This document shows positions 39,121 to 52,677 of a DNA stretch of 64,000 nt, in pieces. The stretch lies in contig CM052817.1 in NCBI GenBank assembly GCA_028534125.1, forward strand, positions 25,236,001 to 25,300,000. The letters run 5' to 3'. The notes under the pieces were generated by a model. That model saw only the letters and a program-made list of their open reading frames with translations. It had not been told where the DNA came from and did no database searches. The translations under genes were made by a program, and so were the position numbers. How positions within the stretch are numbered: position 1 is the stretch's first letter; every line of letters starts with the position of its first letter. The DNA is from Lama glama. Taxonomy: Eukaryota.

Positions 39121-40170
39121 CGTGTTTTATTTTATTTATTTATTTTTCTTTTTTTTAATTGAGGTATAGTCAGTTACAACATGTCATTTCTAATGTACAG
39201 AAAAATGTCCCAGTCATGCATATACATACATATATTTGTTTTAATATTCTTTTTCACCAAAGACCATTACAAGATATTGAATATAGTTCCCTGTGCTATA
39301 CAGAAGAAATTTGTTTTTAATCTTATTTCTATATATAGCGGCTAACATTTGGAAATCTCAAACTCCCAAATTTATTCCTTCCCACCCCCTTTCTCCAGTA
39401 ACCATAAGATTGTTTACTATGTCTGGGAGTCTGTTGATAAGTTCATTCATGTCTTCTTTTCTTCTTTTTTTTTAGATTCCACATATGAGTGATATCATAT
39501 AGTATTTTTCTTTCTCTTTCTGGCTTACTTCACTTAGAATGACGAACTTTAGGTCTACTCATGTTGCTGCAAATGGTATTATTTTATTCTTTTTTATGGC
39601 TGAGTAGTAGTCCATTGTATAAATATACCACAACTTCTTTATCCAATTATCTTTTGATGGACACTTAGGTTGCGTCCATGTCTTGGCTGTTGTAAATAGT
39701 GCTTCTGTGAACATTGGGGTACATGTATCTTTTTTTAGAATTAGAGTTCCCTCTGGATATACGCACAGGAGTGGGATTGATGGATCATGTAGTAAGTCTA
39801 TTTTTTATTTTTTAAGGACTTTCCATACTGTTTTCCATAATGGCTGTACCAAGCTACATTTCCACCAACAGTATAGGAGGGTTCCCTTTTCTCTCACATC
39901 CTCTCCAGCATTTATTGTTTGTGGACTTTTGAATGATGGCCATTCTGACTGGTATGAAGTGATACCTCATTGCAGTTTTGATTTGCATTTCTCTGATAAT
40001 TTGTGATAGTGAGCATTTTATCATGTGCCTCTTGGCCATTTGTATGTCTTCATTGGAGAGTTGCTTGTTTAGGTCTTCTGCCCATTTTTGGATTGGGTTG
40101 TTTGGTTTTTTTTGTTTTGTTTTGTTTTGTTATTAAGTTGTATGAGCTGTTTATGCATTCTGGAAATTAA
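39121..40170 (-). mobile_element. Young 5'-truncated L1 (ORF2 C-terminus plus 3'UTR)
   Basis: ORF 39854..40039 [34 protein letters not shown] matches the L1 ORF2p C-terminus. TSD aaggcagaacacttt (39106-39120) / aagacagaactcttt (40171-40185). Confidence 0.92.
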
Positions 40171-41184
40171 AAGACAGAACTCTTTAGAATAGCTCTGTGA
40201 GTCAATCAGAACTCTATCTCAGGCCCCAGGCCTAATCTCCCGGTAAGAAATAAATGAACCCAGAATTATGTTCAATAAAAGCTCTTGTCAAAAGCTCTGT
40301 CAATAGATGGTTGAATCAATAATTTCATAATGACTGTTTTCAATAGGTCAAGACAGTTCAAAGTTAAATATTCTTCAAACGATATCTAACATTTGATGTT
40401 ATTTAAAAAAAAAAAAGGACAGAAGAATGGAAAGGGAAGATAGATAGAAGAGAGAATAGGAAGAAGGAAGGGAGAAAAACATGTAAAATTTCCATACTTT
40501 AATTCTTCAAGGTGGCTGCAAAGCAAAAATCATTTGCCCCCTGTAACTAACAGCAGGTATCTCATCACCATGGTTTCTGATAAGCAAAAGCATCATTGAG
40601 GCTGTATATTCTGGGACCTATGTGGGTAACAGCAACTTTCCTTGAGACACAACAAAGAATTTACTCTAGAATGCAGAATCAGAATAGTAATATTTTTTGG
40701 TCACTTGCTAAGCAGAGTTGATTACCCAACCACACTGCTGCAGGGTGTTCCTTCCAAGGCAAGGATAAAGGGGAAGAAGATTTAAGCCCAGTATTGTCCC
40801 TAAGGTGTCTGAGACCTGCACAAGGTAGCAGGATTCACTTTTGGGTAGACCGGAATGTGAAGGCAGAGCCTGGGAAACACTGATCCTGCTCCTTTGAACT
40901 TCTCCTCCCTCCCTGGCCCACTGGCGTAAGTCACTCAACTGATCTGAGGCTTTCCTTCCTCTCCCATAAAGGGGAGGTTATAGTTCCTGCCCACGAGGGT
41001 CACACATGCCCCCCAACAAAGCAGGCATCTGCTCTCTATGTGTTTCCCTGCCCTGCCCCCTCTCACCTCCACTGCTCATCATTCCCACCCAGGGATGAAC
41101 ATACTCCCTCCTCAGAGTAGATCTGGGAGTGGACAGCCAGGAATGGATGGTGGATTTTGGGGTGAGACAGAGAAAGAGATGATC

Positions 41185-41405
41185 TCTTCTGACAGCTTAT
41201 TGCTCATGTGACTTTGGGCAAAATACTCAACTTACCCAAGGTCAGTTGTAGGTGTAATATGACGACAATAATGGTATCTGTCATAGGTTTTTTAAGGCTT
41301 AAATGATGTAACACATTTAAAATACTTGGCATGTATGCTCCATAAAGAGTGGATATCATTATGTACTTGGCACAGAGTAAATGCTCAAAAATGAGAGCTA
41401 TTATT
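41185..41405 (+). mobile_element. MIR SINE
   Basis: atgtgactttgggcaaaatactcaac...cataggttttttaaggcttaaatga...ttggcacagagtaaatgctcaa. Confidence 0.7.
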
Positions 41406-41694
41406 TTGATTTATCCATGTAAAATTGAGTTACGGAGTTCTGATCATCTCCACCTCTTCAGGAGTACCATGTCATTTTTTGAGACCCTGTGTCCAGCAGC
41501 AAACTCTTTGTATCAATCAATATGTGTCCCAGGGAATAGCCAATCAGAGCTGTCATTCTAACCTGGTGTGGGAGTTCCTCACTGCTGGGAGAACCGGGGT
41601 AGGAGGTGAGAGGAAGGCTTACTGGAGCAAGTGAAACTTCCTGCCTGAAGCAAGGATCTACAATAGCAGCCAAAGGAAATTAGTAGGTGTGTTT

Positions 41695-41842
41695 TTCTAT
41701 TCATTCATTTGTCTGTTAATTCAGTTAATATGTATTGAGCACCTACAAGTTATTTTTGAGATTCTGAATAAAGCATAGAACAGACATGGGTTTGTCTCCA
41801 TGGATTTTATCATCTAGTTGGAGAGACAGATAATAAATAAGA
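41695..41842 (-). mobile_element. L2 3' fragment
   Basis: ttcattcattt...gtattgagcacctac...catctagttggagagacagataataaa. Confidence 0.65.
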
Positions 41843-42854
41843 AGGAATTTGAATAAGCCTATAATTACCAATTGTTAGGTGCCGGAATGGAAAAGAATGG
41901 GGTGTTCTGGGAAAGTGATAGGAGTGGACAAATTTAGTTCAAAGCACAGGGGAGACCTGTCTAAACAGGTGCCCTTGGAGCTGGCAGGAAGAGGAGGAGC
42001 TGGCCAGGGGCAGCGGCCCACCCACTTCCTGCCCTTCAGCCTGCACATGGTCCCCACCTTGGTCTTCCCTCATCCTTCCCTCAGCCCTGCGCTGGGTGCT
42101 AGGAACCCAGGTGAGGAAGCCAAAACTGCTCCCCTGGGGCATGAGGGTGGGCACACAGGCCAGCAGGTGTCGACAAAAGAGTGGCAGCAGGGAGGCTGCT
42201 AATAATGCTGGGGTGTCCACCCTAGGACCGTTCTTGAATTTTACTGATTAAAGTCTCACCGTGTGTGAGGGCAGATTGCAGTGGCAGTGGTATTGGGAGG
42301 GGAGGAAAGAGATGAGGGTGGATGCTTCTTCCCACGCTCCGGCCCCTCAGAGTAGGAAGGTTGAGCCCTGGCTTCCAGAGCCTCACTGAGTTGCTGCTCT
42401 CAAATCCGTCCATCACTGATGGGGAGACGGTTTAAAGGACTAACGCAGTCCAGCATTCTCACTGGCTTTGGGGTGAGGGTGGAGACCACAGTTGCCCTCC
42501 TGAGGCAGCAGGCATTTCAGAACACATAATTTCATACGTGGAAAATGAAGAGCAATTCTAATCCTTGTGTAATAAAGAGCCATCTATTCTTTAAACAAAT
42601 ATTTATTGAGCAGCTACAACGTGCCAGCACATCTTCATTACTGAGCATGTAACAGGGAACACATCAGGTAAAAATGTTTGCTGCCAGAAGAAAGCTTGAT
42701 ATATTCTTGGATGTTCCAAAAAAGTCTCTGGAAGGATTAAATGAACAAGGCATATGACCAGCACCGAGGGCCCTACCAGGCACTGGGTGCACGGCGGTGC
42801 TGTGCTGAACACGACAGATGTGGGTGCTGCACTTCTTGAAACTTAGAGCCAACG

Positions 42855-43032
42855 TCAAGATTTCTCAAAACAGCCCTTTTGGACACTGGATCACCTGGTA
42901 TGATTATGAATGTGGATTTCCAGCACCTCCCCAAGCCTGCTATCGACCCTCCTGAGGAGAGACCCCAGAATCTGCATTTTAAGTGAGCTGCCACAAATAA
43001 TTCTTCTGCCCACCCTGATTTGAGACGCGCTG
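42855..43032. mobile_element. MER5A-like MITE
   Basis: tttctcaaa...atcacctgg...cccagaatctgcattttaag...tttgaga. Confidence 0.65.
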
Positions 43033-43921
43033 GTGCAGGACTTCTTGGTAGACGTCACTCCTGCCCTATGTGCAAATGTGATCATTTTCTGCTTTTTTCA
43101 CCAAAGCATAGGATTGATCCTAATTCTATTGATGCTTTAGGATAAAGATTGATTTTGCAGTGACCGTGATGTAGATCAAATAAGGACGTGAGATTTTTAT
43201 ATTTATCAAAAGGGAGACGGAGTCAGTTGAAATCTTCCATATACCTGAGTAAACAGAAACTCAGATGCTAAAAGACTTGCTCAAGGTCACATACCAGGGC
43301 AAGATGGAATTTGCCCTGACCCTGAGCTGAGACCTTTCTACCGCTCCTGTACAAGGCACTTGGTCTTGACTACAGGACAGATTGAGTTGCTCCTATTCTC
43401 AGCTCTTAGGACCAGACATGTATATTCCTCTTGTTGGATGGGATGCAGCCCTGATTCCCAGGACTCCAGCACAAGTTCCAAGAGATAGGGAGCCAGGAGA
43501 GTCCATATTACCCCCAGGCTAGGGCCACTGCCAGCTGTCTCCGCGGCTGGGCTGACCCTATTAAGGGTGCTGGATCATTTGAAGTCAACGGGCTTTTTAA
43601 AAACAGACTTCCTGAAGTGAAGAATAATTATTTTTGTTTGTGAACCCGGAAAAATCTAGGTAGTAACGACAGTGAACAATTCCAGGTTGAAAAACCAAAT
43701 TTTCTTGCTGCCCAAAGGATTTCAAGATCCTCTCATATTTTCCATGCATTTCCACAGCAAAAGAGTTTAAGGCAAGGCAAGGCAACCAAGATAGAAGAAA
43801 TGACAGTTTAAATTTGCTACAATACAACCTGGACCCCAGATTTGTTAACATGTAATGACTCTAAGAGCACTCTGTCCTCTTAGGCTCCTGGAACTGCAGT
43901 AGGCTCTTGAAAATTAAAGGG

Positions 43922-43944
43922 GTGTGTGTGTGTGTGTGTGTGTG
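43922..43944. repeat. (GT)n microsatellite
   Basis: Read directly from the sequence. Confidence 0.95.
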
Positions 43945-44674
43945 CGCTGAGCTCTAAGATGAATATTTAATGACCATGCCTGCATAAATGAAATGGCTAT
44001 TTATCCTTATCTGATTTAGAATTGTCAGACAATTCAAGCCAAATGATTCTCTCAGGTCTGATTTGCCTCAATTGACTTCCTGCATTGATCAAATAAACTC
44101 CATCACTGTCTGTTCTCACTTGTGTTCTGTGATTTATGGGAAGAGCCAGAAGGTACCCTATCCACCTGTATCCTAACAGGAAATTAACTTTTATCTGGAC
44201 AGTTATTCTTTGATTTCCTCTTAGTTACTCTCATCAAACTTGGTCCCTTGGGTTCTGTCCCGCCACCCCATTGGGTAACCATAGTTGCAGATGACAGGAA
44301 ATAAAGTTTATTTTTCTATCTTTTTTCCCTGTAATGAAGAACTCTAACTGAAACCCACTCTTCTTCTATCTAACAACAGTTTTAAGACATCATTTACATA
44401 TATACAATCTCGGTAGTTCTCACATCACTCCTTCCTTTGCAAAGAACACACACACGCATACAACTCAAGATACTTCAGTGAGTCTGTGATCAACGGAGAT
44501 AGGCTTCAATTTCCACCATTTACTCAGAGAGCTTTTCAGACAACCTAACATAAATATTGTGCTATGGGAGGTACAAATAGAAACACCTGAAGGATGAGGC
44601 AGGCAACAGAAAGGAGTGGGCTGGCCCGGGGAGAGGAAGCAGTGACTAGTGGGGACACAGGCTGTCAAGGCAAT

Positions 44675-44862
44675 GCTGGCTGGTAGAACTGTTTGTGATG
44701 ATAACTATGGTCTAAATGTGTGCTGTCCAGTATGGTAGATACCAGCTACAGGGAGCTATTGAACACATGAAATGTGGCTACTGGAACTGAGGAACTGAAC
44801 TTCTAATTTAATTTTAATTATAAGAGACAAGTGGGTAGTAGCTAGCCTGAGGGACAGCGCAG
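44675..44862 (+). mobile_element. MER3 DNA transposon
   Basis: tagaact...gtgctgtccagtatggtag...gaaatgtggcta...ctgaggaactgaa...gacagcgcag. Confidence 0.8.
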
Positions 44863-44889
44863 GAGGGGCCCCCGCTCATTGGCGCTGAC

Positions 44890-45855
44890 CAACTGCTGCC
44901 ATGTCTGAGTACAGACTCAGAAGTGCCAGGTCTACTGATTTATCTAGAGAACTGGAAATCCCAATTTTTATGGGTATGTCTTAATTTTTTTTAATTGAAG
45001 TATAGTTGATCTACAATGTTGTGTTAGTTTCTGGTATGCAGCATAGTGACTCAGTTATACATACATATATTCTTTTTCAGATTCCTTTTCATTATAGGTT
45101 ATTATAGGATATTGGGATATAATTCCCCGTACTATACAGTAGGACTTGTTTATCTATTTTTTATGTAGCAGTGTGTATCTGCAAATTCCAAACGCCTTAT
45201 TTATTCCTGCCCCCTTTCCCCTTTGGTAACTATAAGTCTGTTTTCTATGTCTTTGAGTCTGTGTCTGTTTTGTAAATAAGTTCATTTGTGTCATTTTTTT
45301 TAGACTCCATATATAAGTGATTTATGATATTTGTCTTTCTCTGTCTGACTTCACTTATTACGATAATCTCTAGGTCCATCCATGTTGATGCAAATGGCAT
45401 TGTTTTATTGTTTTTATGGCTGAGTGGTATTCCATCATATATATACCACAACTTCTTTACCCAATCATCTGTCAATGGACATTTAGGTTGCTTCCATGTC
45501 TTGGCTATTATAAATAGTGCTGCTGTGAACATTGGGGTGCATTTGTCTTTTTTTTAGAATTAGAGTTTTTTCTGGATATATGCCTAGGAGTGGGATTGCT
45601 GGATCATATGGTAAGTCTATTTTTTATTTTTTGAGGAATCTCCATATTGTTTTCCATAATGGCTGCACCAAACTACATTCCCACCAGCAATGAAGGAGGG
45701 TTCCCTTTTCTCCACACCCTCTCCAGCATTATCGTTTGTGGACTTTTTAATGATGGCCAATCTGGGGAATGTCTAAACTTTTAAAATGCCAGAGCAGTCA
45801 AAGCAAACATCCATGGTTCAGTTTTGGCCAATAAGCATCTAGTTTGCTATTCTAG
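44890..45855 (+). mobile_element. MER102-like DNA transposon fragment split by an L1 insertion
   Basis: tgccaggtctactgatttatctagagaactggaaatcccaattttta lies before the L1 and aaagcaaacatc...agtttgc lies after it. Confidence 0.55.
44985..45763 (-). mobile_element. Young 5'-truncated L1
   Basis: ORF 45245..45532 [26 protein letters not shown] matches the L1 ORF2p C-terminus. TSD gggtatgtcttaa (44972-44984) / gggaatgtctaaa (45765-45777). Confidence 0.92.
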
Positions 45856-46251
45856 ACCGGTTCTCCTCACCCTGGTCCTTCGTGGATTCTGCTCCTTCGC
45901 ACCTGCCAGAGAGTGCTACCACAGTTTGCCTTCCTCAGCCAGTGCAACTTGGGTCTTTGTTCTCCCAGCCTGTGAGGTCGGGACTGCCCCCATGTCATAC
46001 CTCCTTTGACTCTGACCTCCTTCTTCCGAATTCTTCCTTGACTTCGCTTCAGAAATGCACCCTCACTAACAGGAAGAGTAGACCCACTTACTTCTATTAT
46101 CATGGATCCCTCTTAACATTCCCTGTAGAATCACCTGTATAGAATTCCCCTAACACTTTTAGAACCTCACAAATTGTCGTTTTTGCCTTGTAGTTTAAGT
46201 TCTCAGGAGGTAGAGAAAATGTCTGTGGTTGGGTGCTTCTATTCTATAGGG

Positions 46252-46497
46252 CAGTATCTCTCAAACTTTTTTGGGAAGGTAATACAATAGTCAGAGCTAC
46301 ATTTTACATTGCACCTTAGTCTGCACATTCTGTAAATACACACACATTTAGGAAAATTTCATAAAACTCTATTGTTACTCTGTGTCATTCATTCTAATAT
46401 TTCCTATTCTCCTCTACCTTCTAATTTTTTTTAATTTCTTCTAACACAGACATTAAAGTCCACTAGCAGGTCCCTGTCCATAGTTTGAAAATATTGT
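46252..46497 (+). mobile_element. MER112-like hAT-Charlie element
   Basis: cagtatctctcaaactttt...acattttacattgcacc...agtttgaaaatattg. Confidence 0.55.
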
Positions 46498-47279
46498 ATG
46501 AAGAGTCCAGCCCATGTTCTATAAGCAAAAGTATTCATTGACTAATCTAAATGTTTTTCGTCACTCCCTCCAACAATTCTCAACTTCCTCCTGCCTCCCT
46601 GATACATATCCCATCAGCGGGAGTGAACCAGAGACCAACACTAATGGAATTATTCTCCAATAAGCTGGGGGGTCTTTATAGTCTCCACTTAAAGAACCTC
46701 AGTAGACTCAGATTTTTCTTCATGGGGTGTGATTTCCATTTTTTTTTTTAAAAAAGGAGAAAGAAAAGAAAAGAAAGAAAGATCAAACAGCTATTTTCCC
46801 TGCATAATATATTACTTCCTACAATTCATCAAAATTCTTTTCATGGGTAAAGGTCACCTTTCATTTATGCATGGCATCTGTGTGTATTTTGTTGAAAAGG
46901 GTGTGGCTCTCAAAACACAGATCAGGCCTCGCATGTTGATGAAACAACCCCTGAAAACCTACGAGAGGGCAGTGATAGGAGTAACGAGGTGAAAAGAGGC
47001 CCACATGCCATCAGACCTCCCAGGACAATGAACTCAGCCCGCCTGGCTTTGCCTTGAAAAGGGGAAGATGCAAATAACATACCCGAGCAGGATTACAGAA
47101 CTCTGCGTGCATTTGCTATGAGTCACAATACTTTTCATAAAGTACTTTTAAAACAAAAACAAAGCACTTATGTCTAACGTAAAGAGAGACAAAATTGGTG
47201 TTAGTCCTGGAAACATTGAACTGACTCATCAGAAAGTCTTAAGAGCAAAAAATTCAAGGCCATTTTTTTTTCTCCTGAT

Positions 47280-47535
47280 GTAATGGCTAACAGTCCGGAT
47301 ATAGGATCTGATTGACTAGATTTGAATCCCGACCCCCCTGCTTACCAGACGTGTGTGATTTTGTACAAGTGACTTACTTTCAGTGCCACCATTTCCCCGA
47401 CGACACAATGTGAAGACTCCCAGCACCGCCCTCAGCAGGTTGTCCTAGGCACTGAATTAGTTCCTATTTGGAAAGCACTGAGCACTGGCGCCTTGGGTAT
47501 AGTAAGTGCAATACAAATGCTTGTTAAACAAATTG
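47280..47535 (+). mobile_element. MIR SINE
   Basis: gatttgaatccc...caagtgactta...aaagcactgagcactggcgcct...atagtaagtgcaatacaaatg. Confidence 0.7.
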
Positions 47536-48900
47536 TCTAAGAGAAGATTAAAACATATCAACGCTTCTGTTCGCCAACTTCAGGGCAGGAGAAACAGACA
47601 TTTAAAAAGTGAGACTGAAGAAGTCACGTTACTTGCTGTCCTGTTTTCTCATCTGCACACAGGCTCGATAACCAAGGTGATGATGTTTGAATGCCATCCT
47701 CTGTGAAAAATACGAGCCTTTAAAAAAGAAGAAGACAAATGAGGAATAATATCTCAGTCCTTAAGCCAAGATGGAAAAGGGAACTGTGTGAAAAACATGA
47801 AACAGAGCTGCTTGTGATACCTAAAGACCAGACACGGCAGAGAGACCACCCAGTGTCAGCCGAATTAAAAAGACCTGGGTAAGCCAAAAACCCCAACCCC
47901 GGGGAACATCACCAAACCAGACACAATTTGGGAGGACAATTAAAAGCCACATGGGCAAAATTTGTTTTAAACAAATTCTCTGAGTAGAGCTTACAGAATG
48001 AATGATTATATGTGCAGAAGTCAACTGAAAGGGGTAAAATGAAAAACCACAAGGCGGGAGGGTTCCATCTAAGCGTGGTCCCAGTGAATTTTCTGAAGAG
48101 CTAAGAAATGCGTCTTATTGTGAGACGTGCCCTTTAAAATAATAAAAACGGAAATGAACAAGGGACTCTGGATTATTGAAAAGTACCCTGCAATGCTTTG
48201 TTCTTGGTTTCCTAGAAATTGAATATGGAAGCTTTATGCGGGTGTGTGTTTGTAGACATGTGAATGTGTGTGCATACCCACAAAATGCTTCTATATTCAA
48301 TATATTTATCCTCAACATATAAATACATATGTACATGTAAAGAAATACCTCCTTTAAAAAAAATGTCTTAAGTGACACTAAGAGGTGAAAAGTTCATCCA
48401 GAACCAACTGACTATAGGCATTAAACCAAACAAAACCCACGCTGTAGAAAACATAGAAATGATTACATCTTTGAGCATAAGGCCTAATCTCCTAAAGATA
48501 ACTGGCTCAGACAGTTACAAAAATGGCCTGAGCCTGAAACACAGGCCTCTGAGCTTGAGCAGCAAGCATCGTGGGTCATAGGGAGCCACTCTGACGTCAG
48601 TAACAGCCCTGTGTAAAGAGAGCGGAGGAAACACAGCCTCGGACTGTGCATGGGAGCGCCTTCATTTCTCCAGCTGCACTTTGCCCTCATCCCGTGTGTG
48701 CTGTTCCCACTGACCACGGCAGCAGGGTGGGGCTGGGACTGATGGTCGCAGGTGGCTTCTGGCCTGTGAAATTCAACTCTGCACTCAGCGTTGGTTACGG
48801 AAAGAAAGGAAGTTTACTTTTAGGGTCACTGCTGGTTTTGTTTTTTGTCTATTTTCTTCTTCCCCCACCTTTCCTCTTGCATCCCTCAAATCTCAGGCTG

Positions 48901-48941
48901 CTTCCTTCTTTCCTTCCTTCCTTCCTTCCTTCCTTCCTTCC
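48901..48941. repeat. (TTCC)n microsatellite
   Basis: Read directly. It produces the LPSF and RKEG repeats in the overlapping ORFs. Confidence 0.95.
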
Positions 48942-49104
48942 CTCTTTTCTGTAAACATCTCTTTCCATTTTTGCAGCCCCCCCCTCCCCGTCTCTGTTGG
49001 CGTCTTCAGGCCTGGTAGTGCACTTGCCTCTTTCCAGTTCTCCCTTCTTGGTCTCCATTTCTCTTCTCAGTCCCCAGCTGCTGCTCACCCCCTCCCACAG
49101 GTAG

Positions 49105-49404
49105 GTTCTGCAGAACCATCCCTTAGCTTGTGGTCCCTCCACCTCCAAAGCCGATGGAATCTTACTCAAGCTGCATCTCTCCGACATTCTGCTTCTGTCA
49201 TCACTCTCCTTCCCTGACTCTCGATTTTGAGGACCCTTGGGATTCTATGGGCCCACTCAAATAGTCCAGGATAATCTTCACCTCTCAAGGTTCTTAGCTT
49301 AATCGTGGCTGCCTGTTCTTTTGGCCATAAAAGTAACATAGTCACAGGTTCTGGGAATTAAGGTGTGGACATTTGGGGAGGAGGTCATTATTCTGTCTAT
49401 CATA
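49105..49404 (-). mobile_element. MaLR LTR fragment, MLT1D-like
   Basis: gaggacccttg...gggcccac...tccaggataatct...gtaacatagtcacaggttctgggaattaagg...cattattctgtcta. Confidence 0.75.
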
Positions 49405-49774
49405 GGGCTCATAAAATGTTCCAATTTCTTTTAAAACCACAAAAAAATTTTAGGTAGAAAAAATAGTTTAATATAGAATATTAATATATTTGTCTTTATA
49501 CCAATGAAACAAGATATAATTTTTAATATTATAGAGGAAATGGGCCCCCAAATAAAAAGTGCTTGTCCCAGTGAAGCATACAGATCCATTTCTGCAATGG
49601 GGCCAAAGCCACATCTGTGACAAGGGTGTTGCAGTGGAGATTACACACCTCGGAATCACAGGAGGCAGTCCCTGGTCCTAGCACTACCATTAATAATTCA
49701 TCTCGGCTAAGTTTTTATCAAAGAAATAATGGGCTGATTAAAAAAAAACAGCTGACTAGCATCCTCTGGGATGC

Positions 49775-50020
49775 CAGAGTGCTTACAGTAGGGGGTCTGT
49801 AGCCAGAGAGAACTGGATTCGCATTATGCCTCGTTCACACACACCTGTGTGACCTTGTAAATTCCTTGACCTTCACAATCATCAGTCTCCTCATCCAGGA
49901 TAATACCAGCGAGGAGCCACAGATTAACATGAATAAGTGGGATAAGGTACACAAAGCGCTTCTCACAGTGCCATGTACGCAGGAAACACTTAAGAAGTGG
50001 CTGCTATCCTTGTTACTATT
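49775..50020 (+). mobile_element. MIR SINE
   Basis: ctgtgtgaccttg...cagtctcctcatc...aaagcgcttctcacagtgcc. Confidence 0.65.
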
Positions 50021-50377
50021 TTCGTTACTTTTATTATTACTATGGCCATAATTAAATAATAGTTATTACCATTTTTAATCCATATAGTTCAAAATCAGAT
50101 ACTCTGCTTCAAGCAATTTTTAGTTTGTAAAAACAAAGATCCGTGGGGTTAAGACCCTAGAGGGTCCACATGTAGGAGCTGGATCATTTGTCTCTAGCAA
50201 TAATATGGACTCAAAAGAGGTGAACTGTCCCTAGCAGACTGAACATTGGCCTGCCTTACTCTTTGGTGTGCAGTGCCTGAATTTGATGCTTCTGTCAGGC
50301 CAGCGGATGTTTTAGTGCGGGAAACAAGAAAAAAATAGAGCCAACCTTCTTTGAAGGCACTCATTCTCATGTCTAGA

Positions 50378-50578
50378 GTTACGTTGTCCAATATGGCAGC
50401 CACTACCAATATGTGGTTACTTAAACTTAAATGAATTAAAATTAAAAATCCAGGTCCTCTATCACACTGGTACATTTTAAATATTGAAAAAGCCACATGT
50501 GGCTAGTGGCTGCCAGATTGAATAGTGCAGGTGTAGAATTTTTCCATCATCACAGAAAGTTCTATTGGATGGTGCTGA
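50378..50578 (-). mobile_element. MER3 DNA transposon
   Basis: tgtccaatatggcagccactacc...agccacatgtggctagtggct...ttccatcatcacagaaagttctattggatggtgctg. Confidence 0.85.
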
Positions 50579-50954
50579 CCTAGTCTAGAGTATTTTTGCC
50601 CTAAAAACCTATGTAAATAAATCCAGTTACTGTCCAACTTAAAACTATAAAACTAGGCAATCTAGTGGATCATGGGTCTTAGATCATAAGTCTTATAAAT
50701 ACTAAGATTGATCCCTTCCTCCATTTCAATTAGATGCTTTAGTCCTTTATTATAGGTCTTCTATAGGCACTCATAGGGATCCATGTTAGCATGTTTGAAT
50801 GAATTCTGTGGTTATGGTTATAACAAATAATGCTTGCCCCCACCTCCGTGTGCATCCAGGTAATTTAAGGGAAAACAAAACAAAAAGAGTAAGCAAATAT
50901 GGCAAACTACATGTTTTAACCAAAAGGTTGAATTATTTAAATTTTCATTAGTCT

Positions 50955-51163
50955 TGGCTTTGAAACATTTTATTACAACTCACAGGAAGAAATATATTTT
51001 GTGTTGTAACTAGTGCAAGCACACACAAACACAACTGAAACAAAAGTTTCATCAAATAGTACTATCCCTCACTACAGGTGGTATATTCTTTTAGTGCTGG
51101 TTATCCACTACACTGATTTCATGACTCACAAAGGGGTCATAATCTGTAGTTTGAAAACCACTG
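50955..51163 (+). mobile_element. MER112-like hAT-Charlie element
   Basis: cacaggaagaaatatattt...aactgaaacaaaagtttca...gatttcatgac...gtagtttgaaaaccactg. Confidence 0.65.
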
Positions 51164-51164
51164 A

Positions 51165-51470
51165 TCCAGGTTGTAATCTCAAGTGCTTAAAGCTGTTGAG
51201 CGGTCAGCGTAGATGGATGGATGGGCTGTGTGGGGACTCTGGAATGTGGAAGGCATATGCCCTCGGAAAGGGCTCAGCTGCTACCCGACTCCAGCCTCCC
51301 TTTTCCATATAGGTATGTAGGTCTCTGATCTAGAACTCATTGTTCAGGAGAAGCCACATATCCAGATATTTCTTGTGAAGCTTCCCAGTTAAAAGTGTGG
51401 TAAGCAATTTTTAAAAATGTTAAATGCTTGTCAGCCAAACAAAACAAATCTCTCACATGGTGTTGGTCTG
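51165..51470 (+). mobile_element. MER102-like DNA transposon
   Basis: agggctcagctgctacccgactccagc...ggagaagcc...tccagatatt...gccaaacaaaacaaatct. Confidence 0.6.
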
Positions 51471-52024
51471 ATCAAGTTTTAATTTTCTTCTTTTTCCTCT
51501 AAAGGAGAATCCAGACTTCCTGCAAAAGGATATAGCTCAATTGTCTGTCTTCTTGTAACCTGGTAGGGAAGAAAGAAAAGGATCTCAGCTGAAGAAGAGA
51601 GTTGAAAGTGATCATTTCTCCTGGAACGAGGCCATGTCAGGCACCCACTGCCTGCCGAGAAGGGCAGAGGGAGTCAGCTGTTCCAACAACGTAGAGTCCT
51701 CAAGAATCTGGGTTTATCCTCAATCAATTGGAAGAGAGAAAAGCTTCATCCGCTGATCTTACTCAACACTGTCCCTCGGTCATGGTCTTTGGGCCGTCTT
51801 TCATTGAAGGTCAGCATATTGAGTTCCCTTGTTTAGACTGGCGAGGCATCTAGGGTACACATAGTCAATCAATCATTTTAAAACATCTAAAACTAAAACA
51901 CATTTAAATTTCAAACATAAATTCTACTCCTATATAATTAAGAGTTTGAATCAGCCTGCTTTCTATACAAGGCCTCCAGGCTTTATTCAACTATGTAAAA
52001 TTGCCAATATTCAAATATTTAAAA

Positions 52025-52275
52025 ATATATTTTATTCTGGAAACATTTTAGGTTTATAAAAAAGTTGCAAAGATTGTGTACTGAGTTTCTGTGTATTTTC
52101 ACCCAGTTTCCCCAAATGTTAACGTCTTCCTCCATAGGCATGATATGTTTGGCAAACTACAAAATTAATATTAGTATATTACTGTTAACTAAACTACTTC
52201 ATTTAGATTTCATCAGTTTTTTTCACTAATATCCTTCTTCTGTTCCAGAATGCAACCCAGCACCCTCCATTGTTT
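52025..52275 (-). mobile_element. L1MC/MD-like 3' end
   Basis: aaaagttgcaaag...tcacccagtttccccaaatgttaac...actaaactac...ttagatttcatcagttttt. Confidence 0.75.
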
Positions 52276-52677
52276 TAATTCAACTTTTTTGACCTATCAA
52301 AAAAAAGCAATTTTATATGGTTCCTAAACTTTAGGAAACAGTCAAGCAACCAAAGAAGAAAAATTTGTTACAATGTCATCATTAGGTCCTAGTGAGAAGA
52401 TTGTCTTGGGGGTCCCATATCAATGTGTATCCGTTGCCAATTTGAGATGCTAATCTCGTCTAGAATCTAAACAGAGATAGCGACTCCTGATCGTTGGCCT
52501 AGCACAGTTCCTGGCATGAAATAGGTGCCCAGTAAACACAAGCTGAGTATCTACTGATTGTCAACACACGAGAATTCCATGTCTGCAAACCAACACAGGG
52601 ACAAAGAACCACTTCCTGCTCAGAAATTGCTCTCTGGTGTATTCCATCTAGAACTAATGCCATCTTGAATTTTAATA

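Noticed and set aside
48591..48600. Perfect CRE palindrome ctgacgtcag
   Set aside because: A single short motif with no promoter context; not unexpected in 64 kb.
48646..49187. ORFs with LPSF and RKEG peptide repeats
   Set aside because: Translation of a (TTCC)n microsatellite.
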